NCBI GenBank assembly: GCA_963780185.1
Contig: CAWABA010000005.1
Location: forward strand, 112,964-176,963
DNA from: Candidatus Bathyarchaeota archaeon
GTDB taxonomy: Archaea; Thermoproteota; Bathyarchaeia; Bathyarchaeales; Bathycorpusculaceae
Reading direction: 5' to 3'
DNA length: 64,000 nt
In this document: positions 1 to 10,010 of the stretch, piece after piece
Layout of the letters: every line of letters starts with the position of its first letter
Position numbering within the stretch: the stretch's first letter is position 1
Made by a program: the position numbers and the translations under genes
Notes under the pieces: model-generated
Databases searched by the model: none
What the model was told of the DNA's origin: nothing
The model's input: only the letters and a program-made list of their open reading frames with translations

Positions 1-423
1 AACAAAGTACTAAAAGAAATCACCGGTCAAACCCCTGTCAAGAAAAAAGCAAAGAAAACCATCAGGGACTTCGGCATACGCGAAGGCGAATCCATCGCGG
101 TTGTCGTAACCTTACGAAAGCAGGCAGCCATCGATTTCCTAAAGAAGGTCCTTCCCGTCGTGGACAACAAGGTCTCTAAAACAGCCTTTGATCTGCGAGG
201 TAACTTTGCCTTCGGCCTCAAAGAACACATTGAAATTCCAGGCGTAAAATATGACCCTGAAATCGGAATCTTCGGCATGGACATATGCGTAACGGTTAAT
301 CGTGCTGGTCAACGGGTAAAGATTCGAAGGAAACAGAAGCAGCCTGTCGGCGCAAGCCACATGCTAACACCTGAAGAATCAATCGTTTTCATCAAACGAA
401 CATTAGGAGTAGAAATCGAATAG
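1..423 (+). CDS. rpl5: 50S ribosomal protein uL5 (5' partial)
   Basis: Frame open from base 1: [40 protein letters not shown]...[30 protein letters not shown], an archaeal uL5 signature; first gene of the spc-type order seen here. Confidence 0.97.
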   Translation, partial: NKVLKEITGQTPVKKKAKKTIRDFGIREGESIAVVVTLRKQAAIDFLKKVLPVVDNKVSKTAFDLRGNFAFGLKEHIEIPGVKYDPEIGIFGMDICVTVNRAGQRVKIRRKQKQPVGASHMLTPEESIVFIKRTLGVEIE

Positions 424-440
424 GCACAGAGGATGAATGT

Positions 441-605
441 ATGGGAAAAGAGCAAGTTAAGAAAGTGCGAAAATACGGCAAAGGTTCAAGACCCTGCGTA
501 AGATGCGGCTCGTATGGACCAGTCATTCGACGGTACAATTTATATTTATGTAGGCACTGTTTCAGGGAAGCAGCCCCGAAACTTGGATTCAAGAAATATG
601 AGTAG
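441..605 (+). CDS. rps14: 30S ribosomal protein uS14 (Zn-binding type)
   Basis: Read by hand (below the ORF-track cutoff): [54 protein letters not shown], with CxxC...CxxCFRE; lies between uL5 and uS8. Confidence 0.96.
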   Translation: MGKEQVKKVRKYGKGSRPCVRCGSYGPVIRRYNLYLCRHCFREAAPKLGFKKYE

Positions 606-616
606 GAGCTAAAAAC

Positions 617-1000
617 ATGGATACTTTAACGAATGGTTTGATAACCATCATAAACAACGAAATGCGAAATAAACGTGAATGCATAATTAGCCCTGCTTCT
701 AAGCTTTTAGGGCGAGTCCTGCGCATAATGCAGCTGAACGGGTACATAGGCGAATTCGAGTTCATCGACGATGGACGCCAAGGCAAATTCAAAGTTCAAC
801 TGCTAGGCAGAATAAACAAGTGTGGACCAATCAAGCCACGGTACCCCGCCAAAGTAGGCGAATTTGAAGATTGGGAAAAGAAATACCTGCCATCCAGAGA
901 CGTCGGAATCATGGTTGTCTCAACATCCAAAGGCGTAATCGCTCACAGAGACGCTGAAGAAAAGAATCTTGGAGGAAGGCTACTAGCCTTCGTATATTAG
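617..1000 (+). CDS. rps8: 30S ribosomal protein uS8
   Basis: [29 protein letters not shown]...STSKGV...GGRLLAFVY; synteny. Confidence 0.97.
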   Translation: MDTLTNGLITIINNEMRNKRECIISPASKLLGRVLRIMQLNGYIGEFEFIDDGRQGKFKVQLLGRINKCGPIKPRYPAKVGEFEDWEKKYLPSRDVGIMVVSTSKGVIAHRDAEEKNLGGRLLAFVY

Positions 1001-1011
1001 AGGTGCAATTT

Positions 1012-1557
1012 ATGCGGCTTCCAGAAATATCAAAAACGATTCAGGTTCCCGATAACGTAGACGTCAAAATGGACGGCAAAAAGATAAGCATCAAGGGCGC
1101 AAAAGGATCTTTAACACGTGACTTCACGTTTGCACAAATCTCAATAGAAGGCGAAGGCAAAAACATCCGCATATGGGCAAAGTGGCCACGCAAAAAGGAA
1201 GCTGCTCTCGTAGGAACAATCCACTCACACATCCAAAACATGATAACCGGCGTAACAAAAGGCTACCAATACAAGCTGAAAATAGTCTTCTCCCACTTTC
1301 CAATCACCGTGAAAGTCCAAGGCAAAGAAATCCTAATCGAAAACTTCACTGGCGAACGAAGAGAACGCCGAATAAAAACCTTAGGCGACGTCAAAATCAA
1401 GATTGAACCCGACGACATCATCGTCGAAGGCGCCAATCTGGAAGACGTAAGCCAAACCGCCGCCAACATCGAGCAAGCCACCCGCGTAAGAAACAAAGAC
1501 CCCAGAGTTTTCCTTGACGGCATATACGTTTATGAAAGAAACGAGGGAGTAGCCTAA
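1012..1557 (+). CDS. rpl6: 50S ribosomal protein uL6
   Basis: SHIQNMITGVTKGY..SHFPI..ENFTGER..KDPRVFLDGIYVY; ATG at 1012 chosen as start. Confidence 0.97.
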   Translation: MRLPEISKTIQVPDNVDVKMDGKKISIKGAKGSLTRDFTFAQISIEGEGKNIRIWAKWPRKKEAALVGTIHSHIQNMITGVTKGYQYKLKIVFSHFPITVKVQGKEILIENFTGERRERRIKTLGDVKIKIEPDDIIVEGANLEDVSQTAANIEQATRVRNKDPRVFLDGIYVYERNEGVA

Positions 1558-2240
1558 TGGCAACAGAAAAAACAGAAAAGAGACTTAAACTTTCACGCGA
1601 AGCTCTAAGACTTAGAGCACGCCAAAGAAACAAGAAACCCTCCTTCGTGAGAGCTGAAAGCTGGAAATATGACAGATTCAGTTTAAGCTGGCGAAGACCC
1701 CGAGGATTAGACAACAAGATCCGCCGAAAAATCAAGGGTTGGCCGCCAGGTTCATGCACTGGCTACAAGGGTCCAAAAATCGCCAGGGGACTGCATCCTT
1801 CAGGTTACAGAGAAGTTATAGTTTTCAACGTTGCCGACTTATCCAAAGTTGACCCCACCATTCAAGCCGCACGCATAGCACACACCGTAGGCAAAAGAAA
1901 ACGCGCCACAATCATCGCCGAAGCCAAGAACCTTAAAATCAAAATCTTAAACATCAAAGTTACCGCAGCGGTTGAAAAGAAAGAGGGCGAAGAAGAGCCA
2001 ACTGAAGAAAACACTGGGGAGAAAACCTCCGAGGAAATCTGGGAAGAGGCAACGAAAGAAGGAGAAAAGGAAGAAGCTTCCGAGGGTGAAGAGGAAACAA
2101 AAGAAGCGGAGACGGAAGAAGAACCAGAAGAAGCCGCACCTGAAGAAGAAGTGAAAGAAAAGCCCAAGAAAAGCAAAACAACCAAGAAATCCAAGTCTAA
2201 AAAAGACACGGAGAAAGTTGAAGGAGAAGAAGAACAATGA
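1557..2240 (+). CDS. rpl32e: 50S ribosomal protein eL32 with a long Glu/Lys-rich C-terminal extension
   Basis: KKPSFVRAESWKY..WRRPRGLDNKIRR..GLHPSG; about 95 aa low-complexity acidic tail. Confidence 0.95.
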   Translation: MATEKTEKRLKLSREALRLRARQRNKKPSFVRAESWKYDRFSLSWRRPRGLDNKIRRKIKGWPPGSCTGYKGPKIARGLHPSGYREVIVFNVADLSKVDPTIQAARIAHTVGKRKRATIIAEAKNLKIKILNIKVTAAVEKKEGEEEPTEENTGEKTSEEIWEEATKEGEKEEASEGEEETKEAETEEEPEEAAPEEEVKEKPKKSKTTKKSKSKKDTEKVEGEEEQ

Positions 2241-2692
2241 CTAACCTAACCAGTCAAAGGCGTTTAGCATCTCAAATCTTGAAAATCGGGAAAAACCGCG
2301 TATGGATAAACCCCGAATTTCTCGATGACGTTGAAGGCGCAATTACACGTGAAGAAGTTAGAAAGCTAATCCATGAAAGAGTTATCATTTCTATGCCTGA
2401 GGTAGGAGTAAGCAGGTCAAGAGCAAAAGTCATCCGAAGCAAAAAAGCCAAAGGCAGAAGAAGCGGACCCGGCTGCGTAACCGGAGCGGCACACGCAAAA
2501 GTAACCAAAAAAGAAGCTTGGATGATAAGGATTAGATCTCTAAGACGCAAGCTTCGCGAGTTAAAGGCAGCCAGAACCATAACAGAAGAAACATACAGCC
2601 AATACTATCGTATGGCTGGCAGCGGCAGATTCCAGTCAATAGCTGAACTGGAACGTAATCTAAAAGCTAACGATTTATGGAGGAAACGTTAA
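2237..2692 (+). CDS. rpl19e: 50S ribosomal protein eL19
   Basis: QRRLASQILKIGKNRVWINP..AITREEVRKLI..KKEAWMIRIRSLRR. Confidence 0.97.
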   Translation: MTNLTSQRRLASQILKIGKNRVWINPEFLDDVEGAITREEVRKLIHERVIISMPEVGVSRSRAKVIRSKKAKGRRSGPGCVTGAAHAKVTKKEAWMIRIRSLRRKLRELKAARTITEETYSQYYRMAGSGRFQSIAELERNLKANDLWRKR

Positions 2693-2693
2693 G

Positions 2694-3524
2694 TTGGCGA
2701 AAACAGGCCATTACCGAGTAAAATTAAGGCGCAGACGAGAAGGAAAAACTGATTACCAAGCACGCAAAGCTCTGGTATCTTCCAGAAAGCCTCGGCTTAT
2801 CACACGCGCTTCACTAAAAAACATCACAGTACAAATAGCCCTTGCGAAACCATCAGGAGACGAAGTGTTAGCCGCAGCTAACAGCCGGGAACTAACCAAA
2901 ACCTACGGCTGGAGAGCTCCAACAGGCAACATTTCATCCGCGTACCTGACAGGGTATCTTTGCGGGTTAAAAGCGAAGGCTGCAGGCATAAAAGAAGCCG
3001 TCTTAGACATCGGCTTAACTGCTCCAACTAAAGGCGCCAAAGTTTTCGCTGCCCTAAGCGGAGTTGTGGATGCCGGCGTGGATGTTCCCCACAGCGAAGA
3101 AAAAATCGTTAAGGAACGCATGAAAGGCGAACACATAGCAAAATACGCTAAAAGCCTCGGCGTAGGCTCAGACGAGTACAACGCAAAATTCTCACAGTAC
3201 ATCGCTCAGGGTTTAGCTCCAGAAAAGCTTCCTGAACACTTCAGCAAAGTCAAAGCCGACATCTTAACCGTTTCAAAAGGCGGCAAAATCACAATCGAAG
3301 CACCAACCAAAAAAGCTCCAGTTGCCAAAGCTGCGCCAGCGAAAGTTCCCGAAAAAGTCGAAGAAGCCAAAGAGGAACCCAAAGCAAAAAAAGCCCCCGC
3401 AAAGAAACCAGCCGCAGCCAAGAAGGCTCCCGCTAAAAAAGCTGCAAAGCCAAAGGCTGCCCCGAAAGCAGCCAAGGAACCTGCCAAAGCAAAGGCAAGT
3501 AAGAAAGGTGGAAAGAAAGCATGA
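2694..3524 (+). CDS. rpl18: 50S ribosomal protein uL18 with a Lys/Ala/Pro-rich C-terminal tail
   Basis: RRRREGKTDYQARKAL..AYLTGYLCG..LDIG; tail KKAPAKKPAAAKKAPAKK. Confidence 0.96.
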   Translation: MAKTGHYRVKLRRRREGKTDYQARKALVSSRKPRLITRASLKNITVQIALAKPSGDEVLAAANSRELTKTYGWRAPTGNISSAYLTGYLCGLKAKAAGIKEAVLDIGLTAPTKGAKVFAALSGVVDAGVDVPHSEEKIVKERMKGEHIAKYAKSLGVGSDEYNAKFSQYIAQGLAPEKLPEHFSKVKADILTVSKGGKITIEAPTKKAPVAKAAPAKVPEKVEEAKEEPKAKKAPAKKPAAAKKAPAKKAAKPKAAPKAAKEPAKAKASKKGGKKA

Positions 3525-4168
3525 GTCAAAGGCAAGGACGAGATAGACAAAGTAACCTGGAAGCATGGGTACCGAAAACCCGTTTGGGCAAACTAATCCA
3601 GGAAGGCAAAATAACAACGATAGAAGACGTCTTCCTAAGCGGCATAAAAATCTCCGAAGCCCAAATCGTGGATTCCCTGATTCCTGACCTACAGGAAGAA
3701 GTCATAAACGTTAACCTAGTACAGAAACAAACTGACGCAGGCGAAAAAAGCCGATTCAAAGCCATCGTCGCAGTAGGAAACAGAGACGGCTACATCGGGT
3801 TAGGCTCAGGAAAAGCCAGCCAAGTGCGAAACGCCATCGAAAAAGCAGCCGCCAACGCCCGCCTAAACATCGTTCCAGTGAAACGTGGATGCGGAAGTTG
3901 GGAATGCGGATGCGGCAAACCACATTCAGTGCCTTTCCAAGTGGAAGGTAAATGTGGCGGAGTCCGAGTTATCATTGTGCCGGGACCCAGAGGCTTAGGT
4001 TTGGTTTCAAGCGAAGTAGCCAAAGTCATCTTGGGCTTAGCAGGAGTCAAAGACCTCTGGATGAGAAGCTACGGCTCAACAAGAACCGTGCCCTCCTACG
4101 CAGGCGCAATCTTCGACGGATTAAAGAAAACATACTACTTGATTACTCAAGCAGACTGGGTGAGATAA
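3521..4168 (+). CDS. rps5: 30S ribosomal protein uS5
   Basis: WVPKTRLG..VQKQTDAGEKSRFKA..RGCGSWECGCGKPHS. Confidence 0.97.
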   Translation: MSQRQGRDRQSNLEAWVPKTRLGKLIQEGKITTIEDVFLSGIKISEAQIVDSLIPDLQEEVINVNLVQKQTDAGEKSRFKAIVAVGNRDGYIGLGSGKASQVRNAIEKAAANARLNIVPVKRGCGSWECGCGKPHSVPFQVEGKCGGVRVIIVPGPRGLGLVSSEVAKVILGLAGVKDLWMRSYGSTRTVPSYAGAIFDGLKKTYYLITQADWVR

Positions 4169-4169
4169 A

Positions 4170-4658
4170 ATGGCGCAGAAAAGTGAACCATGCAAATGCA
4201 TCGTAGTCGTTAAAGTTCGGGGAACAGTAAGCGCACAGAAAGAAACACGAGAAACCCTAGAACTGCTCCATCTCTCGCACACTAACCACGCAATGCTCAT
4301 CGACAGCCGCCCAGACTACCTTGGAATGCTGCAACGCGTAGGCAACTACGTAACCTGGGGCGAACCCACAGCAGAAGTCGTATCCGCCATGCTTCAGAAA
4401 CGCGCGAAACTGGCAGGCGGCAAAAAACTCACCGAAGAATACATCCAAAAGCAAGGCTACAAATCCTTCGACGACTTAGCCGAAGCCATCATAAACTGCA
4501 AAGTCGCATACCAAAAACTACCCGACACACAACCCGTCTTCAGACTGCATCCGCCAAGCAAAGGCTACAAAGGCAAAACCAAGAAAAGCTTCAAAGCAGG
4601 CGGCGAATCAGGCTACCGCGGAGAAGCAATAAACGCACTAGTAAAACGCATGATATAA
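4170..4658 (+). CDS. rpl30: 50S ribosomal protein uL30 (archaeal long form)
   Basis: GMLQRVGNYVTWGE..PVFRLHPPSKGYKG..GYRGEAINALVKRM. Confidence 0.96.
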   Translation: MAQKSEPCKCIVVVKVRGTVSAQKETRETLELLHLSHTNHAMLIDSRPDYLGMLQRVGNYVTWGEPTAEVVSAMLQKRAKLAGGKKLTEEYIQKQGYKSFDDLAEAIINCKVAYQKLPDTQPVFRLHPPSKGYKGKTKKSFKAGGESGYRGEAINALVKRMI

Positions 4659-4770
4659 TCTGCGTTAATCATCATTTCCTTTTTGTTGTTGTTTTCTCTG
4701 GCAAATCTTAAATTCCAACGGTTATTATACACGTATGGCTAAGAGAAAGATTTGCGTTTGGGGTTCGTAA

Positions 4771-5319
4771 ATGAAAAAAACCACGATTATCGTTGAGGGC
4801 TGGATACAAAACATCGGCTACAGGACTTTCGTGAAACAAGTTGCAGTGAACCTCGGCGTAAAGGGTCTCGTTAGAAATTTATCCAATGGAAAAGTTGAAA
4901 TTTTCTGCGAAGCTGGCTCGTCGAAGATTGAGGAATTTGAACGGAAAATCAGTTACAAGGGAAAGAAGAATGATCCCTTGAGCGTATACGTTGAAAATTT
5001 GGCTGTTCATGCAGAAGGCGAAAAAGGATATCTTGGACCTTGGAAGGAATACTCAGATTTCGAAATTGACTATGGCTTTGAAATTCAATCGCCCGTTGAT
5101 CGTGCAATGCTAGAGAACTTGGAAAGCGGCAAGATTTTTGTCGTTTCATCGAACGATAAAATCAGTGCGTTGACTGATCAATTTTCTATGTTTAGGCAGG
5201 AAACGAACGGTAACTTTGGAAAAATGGAGGAAAAATACGGGTCAATTTCTGAAGAAATGAAGAAAATGCGAACTGTGCTAGAAAAGCTAGCCGACGCCTA
5301 CGTTGAACGCCAGAAATAG
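4771..5319 (+). CDS. Acylphosphatase-domain protein with a C-terminal coiled-coil extension
   Basis: IIVEGWIQNIGYR...GVKGLVRNLSNGKVEI matches the acylphosphatase motif, with catalytic Arg and Asn present. Confidence 0.8.
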   Translation: MKKTTIIVEGWIQNIGYRTFVKQVAVNLGVKGLVRNLSNGKVEIFCEAGSSKIEEFERKISYKGKKNDPLSVYVENLAVHAEGEKGYLGPWKEYSDFEIDYGFEIQSPVDRAMLENLESGKIFVVSSNDKISALTDQFSMFRQETNGNFGKMEEKYGSISEEMKKMRTVLEKLADAYVERQK

Positions 5320-5347
5320 CGTCGAATAATGAGTTTTTTACAAGTGG

Positions 5348-5450
5348 CTTAGCGGCTTCCTTCGGGTTTTGGTCCAGGGTTGGGGTCAGGTTCGGGTTCT
5401 GGCTCAGGATTCGGTTCAGGGAAAGGGGTAGGCGGCTCCTCCGGCAAAAC
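5348..5450 (-). repeat. Pro-Glu/Asn low-complexity coding repeat (3' end of a small or decayed ORF)
   Basis: Minus strand reads ...LPEEPPTPFPEPNPEPEPEPDPNPGPKPEGSR*, downstream of the terminase. Confidence 0.45.
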
Positions 5451-5646
5451 ATACGCTTCAACCTGCCCACAAGAAAACGACACATCTAAAGTCAAACTTC
5501 TCAAAATCAAACACCGATAATTGTATTGTTGCGTGTGTCTAAAAAACTAGCCGTTTGGACACAACAGAAATGTGTGCAACCAACTTTATCCAATTTCAGG
5601 ATAAACCCAGTTAGAAAGCATGGGACGAGAAAGGCTTATCTTTTTC

Positions 5647-7086
5647 TTAATGTGGAAGCATAACGGCTCCTACCCCTGAAGGAGGCATTCGCATGGTGTG
5701 TGCCACGGCTAGGGCTAGTGCCCAGGTCATGTCGTCATGGCTATTCTGTGGATGGCTAAACTGTAGGTGCCCGTTTTTGGCGTAGGTGTATTGTTGCTCG
5801 TTCAGTTGCTGGCATAGGCGGTGGTGGTAGGGTATGGCTAGGCGGTTTTGTTCCATGGCGATTTTTAGGCTGCTGAGGAGTTCTTCTTTGGTTTGGATGG
5901 TGAATTTTATGCCTTCGACGTTGGTTAAGCCTTGGTTGTGCATTTCTTCAAGTATGGGTTCGCCGACGCCTGTCTGGTCTACGATGATGCGGTGGATGCC
6001 GTGGAGTTTCTGGTTTGCACGTACTAGGTGCCCTATGACTTGGGTGTAGGGTGTGTCGAGGGGGAACTCGTAGAGGTAGATGAGTTTTAGGACGTCGTCT
6101 TCCCGTTTGAGGATGGCGATGACGCTGTAGTCTTGCAGTTTGCCGAAGTCGACGCCAGCGTAGTATTCTGCGTTGAAGAAGTCACGTTCAAGAGTTGGAG
6201 CCAACTCAACCCCCGACGCCTGAGCCAACTCAACGCAGCCGCGAATCAAGCTCTGGGGCAAGTAGCTGTTTAGGGCTTCAACGAACTCGGCTTCATACTC
6301 CATCAGATATTGCTCTTGAGTCATGTTTAGGCGCATTTCTTCCAAAAACTCCTTCGTCACCAGCGGGCACTCCTCCGACTTTACTTTGTGGATGCTGTAT
6401 TTTGGGTTGGTGAAGGCTCGGTAGAAGAAGTGGTTTTTGTCCCAGGGCGTGCTGAGGAAAACCGCGTAGCCCTGCGTGGTTGTTAGCATGGGGAAGAGGA
6501 CTTGGGTTATGACTTTTTCGCTGACCCAGCTGGCTTCGTCGCAGATTATCATGTTGGCGTTGTAGCCTCTTAGGCGATGTTCGCTGCAGGGCAATGCGAT
6601 GATGCGGCTGCCGTTGTCGAATTGGACCAGCGTGTGGGTGACCCGTGCCAGTTTGCTTCTTAGCCGCGGCGAGGCGTAGACGAAGGACACGATGCGGTCA
6701 AACATTATCATGCTTTGGCGTAGGCTGGGGGCGGTGATGAGCACGGTCATTTTGGGGTTGAGGTCGGCGAAGTGCAGGGCTTTCATGGCGATTGTAGTGG
6801 TTTTTCCTGTTTGCCTGCCCATGCATGCCACGATCCGTTTGCTCTTATCCTCCAAAAGATACGCCTGATACGGGTAAGGCTCCACTTCTAAAACTACTCT
6901 TGCGTAATCGACGGGTCCAGCTATCTGGACTTCTTCTTGGGCAATGATTTGTTTGACGGCCCATTCGACTTCTTCAAGCCTTCGAAACGTTCTTGCCTGC
7001 CGATAGCTGCGCCACCTGCGCTGTAAGCTCGTCAAGTTTCTTCTCAATCCTCTCCCATTTCTCATACCCCGCCAACAAAGGCGCAT
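5647..7086 (-). CDS. Phage terminase large subunit (TerL-A); start uncertain
   Basis: Walker A MGRQTGKTT, Walker B IICDEA, motif III STP, RNase H-like nuclease GVDFGKLQD...VDQTGVG...HDD. Confidence 0.92.
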   Translation of the reverse strand: MRLCWRGMRNGRGLRRNLTSLQRRWRSYRQARTFRRLEEVEWAVKQIIAQEEVQIAGPVDYARVVLEVEPYPYQAYLLEDKSKRIVACMGRQTGKTTTIAMKALHFADLNPKMTVLITAPSLRQSMIMFDRIVSFVYASPRLRSKLARVTHTLVQFDNGSRIIALPCSEHRLRGYNANMIICDEASWVSEKVITQVLFPMLTTTQGYAVFLSTPWDKNHFFYRAFTNPKYSIHKVKSEECPLVTKEFLEEMRLNMTQEQYLMEYEAEFVEALNSYLPQSLIRGCVELAQASGVELAPTLERDFFNAEYYAGVDFGKLQDYSVIAILKREDDVLKLIYLYEFPLDTPYTQVIGHLVRANQKLHGIHRIIVDQTGVGEPILEEMHNQGLTNVEGIKFTIQTKEELLSSLKIAMEQNRLAIPYHHRLCQQLNEQQYTYAKNGHLQFSHPQNSHDDMTWALALAVAHTMRMPPSGVGAVMLPH

Positions 7087-7411
7087 AATCCTTCGCCGCC
7101 TGGAAAATTATCCGAAGCCGCTCCAACGCCAACTTGTCAACTCTCTGTGTGCGGCATATTTGGTCGTAGGCGGTGCTGTACAATTTTACGATTCTATCGA
7201 TGGTTAAAGCGTCGGCGGCGGGTTCCACGGGTTCGACGGCGCTGGTGGTTTTAGCGGCGAGGAGTGCTTGAAACTTGATTTGCTTGCGGATGGCTTCATA
7301 GCTTCTGCTTGGGAGCTTGCCGCTAGCGTAGACCTCCTGAGCACCGAGTCCCTGCTCGATGAGTTCGCAAAGGACCTTGTTTTCTTCTTCACTCCAACGA
7401 TTTCCACCCAA
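6974..7411 (-). CDS. Hypothetical viral protein with an N-terminal Myb/HTH-like motif; possible terminase small subunit
   Basis: RWSEEENKVL..RSYEAIRK resembles a Myb/SANT helix; C-terminal coiled coil; overlaps the 5' end of TerL. Confidence 0.5.
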   Translation of the reverse strand: MGGNRWSEEENKVLCELIEQGLGAQEVYASGKLPSRSYEAIRKQIKFQALLAAKTTSAVEPVEPAADALTIDRIVKLYSTAYDQICRTQRVDKLALERLRIIFQAAKDYAPLLAGYEKWERIEKKLDELTAQVAQLSAGKNVSKA

Positions 7412-7756
7412 AAATATTCCACCTGCAATCGGTTATTTACATATGTCACATGCATGAGTCATAGGTAAACATTATCGACAGCAATCCCACAAAAACGCAG
7501 CCACCGTTCCTCTCGACCTACGTCACTGTAGACACTAAACCGCTCACTTATTTGCTCCCAGAGGTTATAGACCAAAACTCTTCCATCAAACCCTGTCCTC
7601 TCTCCCTGACGAGATGAGCCGCTGGACTACTCGTAGAGGTAAAATATCTAATTCGGCAATAATCAAAGTTCCGAATACGCAGGCACCAAGAAAATCACCA
7701 AACATTCCATTAACAATTACATCAGGAAAAATATTGTTGTTTTGGTGAGCGGTTTT

Positions 7757-7807
7757 TCGATGTCTAACTATCACATCAACAGAGAAAACAGAAAGAATCA
7801 AAGGCAC
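7757..7807. repeat. About 50 bp degenerate copy of the sorting-signal/TM end of gene 8665-9291
   Basis: tcgatgtctaactatcaca[t/g]caacagaga.. occurs at both 7757 and about 8688; translations PLILSVFSVDVIVRHR and PLLLAVLSVAVIVRHR. Confidence 0.75.
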
Positions 7808-7817
7808 TCTTCGGTGG

Positions 7818-8525
7818 TCAAAGATTGGAAATTGTTATGTTTAGCGGTGCTGTCTGAAAGTTTGGCGGTGTAGTCTGAATCGGGTATGGATTAGCATATC
7901 CAAGTTCGCCTATAATGTAGTACGCCCCAGATGGAACTTGATTAAGTGGAGGAATTGGGGGTGTCATGTCGCTTTCTTGTGTCCAGATAAGATTTCGTGT
8001 ATAGCTTTGGTTCGGAGCCAAAGTTACGTTCACGTCATTAAGTGGATATGCTCCGAGTTCCCACATGTAAACTGCGTTGTTTGTGCTGTTGTAAACTTGG
8101 AAGTTGAAGTTTGAATCTCCGTTCTGATTGATGAAATTTAGAGTTTGGTTGCTTACGTTTGTAATTTCAAAAGTTATTTCCACTTCCTCTCCTACCGCAA
8201 ACGTGGTTTTATCTGCCATGAGCGCAATGGACAGTTGGAACCCGTTGGTTACGGCGCTCAACGCTGTGATGTTGTTATCCTCGCTGACGGTTTGATTCGG
8301 TTCAGTAGTTTGAAGTGGTGTCGGAGTAGGTGTTAGGTTTGGTTGAGGTGTTGAAGTTTGAAGTTGTTCACCTAACAGGGTGGTTGGAGCAGGGGTTGAA
8401 CCATCTATCCCTGCGTTGAAAAAACCACTTGTAAAGCCCGCTACTATACCTATTAGAATTATTACTGTTACTAAAACAGCAATTCCAATATTTCTTTTAA
8501 AATGCAGGTTTTTCGGAGTTGACAA
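7818..8525 (-). CDS. Membrane-anchored secreted protein with a Pro/Thr linker and an Ig-like domain
   Basis: N-terminal TM helix, PT-rich linker, DKTTFAVGEEVEITFEITN beta-sandwich. Confidence 0.7.
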   Translation of the reverse strand: MSTPKNLHFKRNIGIAVLVTVIILIGIVAGFTSGFFNAGIDGSTPAPTTLLGEQLQTSTPQPNLTPTPTPLQTTEPNQTVSEDNNITALSAVTNGFQLSIALMADKTTFAVGEEVEITFEITNVSNQTLNFINQNGDSNFNFQVYNSTNNAVYMWELGAYPLNDVNVTLAPNQSYTRNLIWTQESDMTPPIPPLNQVPSGAYYIIGELGYANPYPIQTTPPNFQTAPLNITISNL

Positions 8526-8650
8526 TTATCACTCGTCTCCTAGATATTATTACGTTAGGTCTACGAATTTACACATTATGGTTAAGCATTGCACTATCTT
8601 ATAATTCTATAATTTAGAACACCAATTTCCAATTAATTTCCGCTTGATTC

Positions 8651-8682
8651 TTGACTAAGCTTAGTCAAAGTTTCTTGACTGA
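8651..8682. repeat. Copy 1 (reverse orientation) of the AGTCAA-N6-TTGACT-N6-AGTCAA element
   Basis: TTGACT-AAGCTT-AGTCAA-AGTTTC-TTGACT; the same element occurs at 24854, 36911 and 37743. Confidence 0.8.
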
Positions 8683-9291
8683 GACCCTTCGATGTCTAAC
8701 TATCACAGCAACAGAGAGCACAGCAAGAAGCAAGGGCACAATCACCAACGCAGACAACTCAGGAACGGAGGTCATTGGGGTAACTGTTGGTGTTGAGGTA
8801 TCTAACGCGGGGGTTGGAGAAGGAATAGGAGAGGTTTCATTGTTTATTGAGAAGTAGATTGTGTCAGCCCAGGTGGCGGTGTAGTTGCCGCTTCCAATGG
8901 GGGTTTCCTTGAATGGCGCTCCTGGTGGGTTCTCCCAGCTTAGGTAACCTGTTAGGTAAGCTCTCTCAAATACCGTTAATCGGTGCGAACCGTTAGTTAA
9001 CATGGGAAGATGAATATTTCCCATATCCGTCAAAAAGATTGGTTCTTCGCCGTTTCCATCGATGCTGTAGCTAAGTTCAATGGGCATTGCCACATTTGGG
9101 TCGAGGTTTGTGCTTATGGTTAATGTCAGATAATTGCAAGTGTAGGTTTCATTAAGGGGCGAGAACACTGTTACTCCTCCTGAAAAGTGTATGGGGCTGC
9201 CTGAGTCTGCTATTGCGGCGGGAATGCCCACTGCGAATGAAACCGCTGTTGAGCAAAGAAGCAGCGTCATCAACGCATTTTTCAGCCTCAT
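8665..9291 (-). CDS. Secreted protein with a PEF-CTERM-like sorting signal
   Basis: Signal peptide; C-terminal VPEL followed by a TM helix and basic RHRR. Confidence 0.72.
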   Translation of the reverse strand: MRLKNALMTLLLCSTAVSFAVGIPAAIADSGSPIHFSGGVTVFSPLNETYTCNYLTLTISTNLDPNVAMPIELSYSIDGNGEEPIFLTDMGNIHLPMLTNGSHRLTVFERAYLTGYLSWENPPGAPFKETPIGSGNYTATWADTIYFSINNETSPIPSPTPALDTSTPTVTPMTSVPELSALVIVPLLLAVLSVAVIVRHRRVSVKKL

Positions 9292-10010
9292 GTCGCAACA
9301 CTCTGACGCAATCCAACGTCACGTTGAATTACACAAAATGGGAGATATTACTCTTCGCAGGGAACAGTCTGTTCCTCGAAAAGAACAATTAAAACTATGC
9401 CCGAACAGGGATAGTTAAAGATTTTTAACTTATGTTTCTGGCGTCCTGAGCCTGAGGCGGGCAACTGTAGGAGGCGTCTAATTCCTGAAATGTATTATGT
9501 GCGTTCGCCTGAGTGAAGATGGGGAAGGCGGGGCTTGGACCAACTGTTGTTGAATCCCGCCGGCGGTGTCTGTTGTCAGGTTGACGGGAAGCCTTCCACG
9601 GAGAACTCTCCCCGCCAAAAGCGCCCATACGCGACAATAACTTTAACATAGGCACTATGTTGAAAGTCGCATCCGCCCATCCCAAATGGGCAGCCCACAA
9701 CGCAATTCAAGCCCCAAACCAAAAAAGCAATCAAAAACGCAAAAAGCCACGGGGGAAAGTCTCAACTTTCACCAAAACAAAAGTCTCAACTTAAAAATAT
9801 CTGCAAAACCCAAAACAAAAAACCCAAAAAATAACCAATCAAACCAAAAAACGAAAATATATAGACTATAAAACCGTCAATTAGGCATGCATTCGTCATT
9901 TTTGATGGAAAACTGCTTCAGGGAATCTGCTTGTTTTCTCTTCCTTTATGTGCGATATGTTTTATAGTTAGGAGTTTGAAATCCGTTAGGTATTGGAGGG
10001 GGAATGACAC

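Noticed and set aside
9686-9871. Lys/Asn-rich 61-aa ORF
   Set aside because: A-rich low-complexity intergenic DNA with no supporting features.
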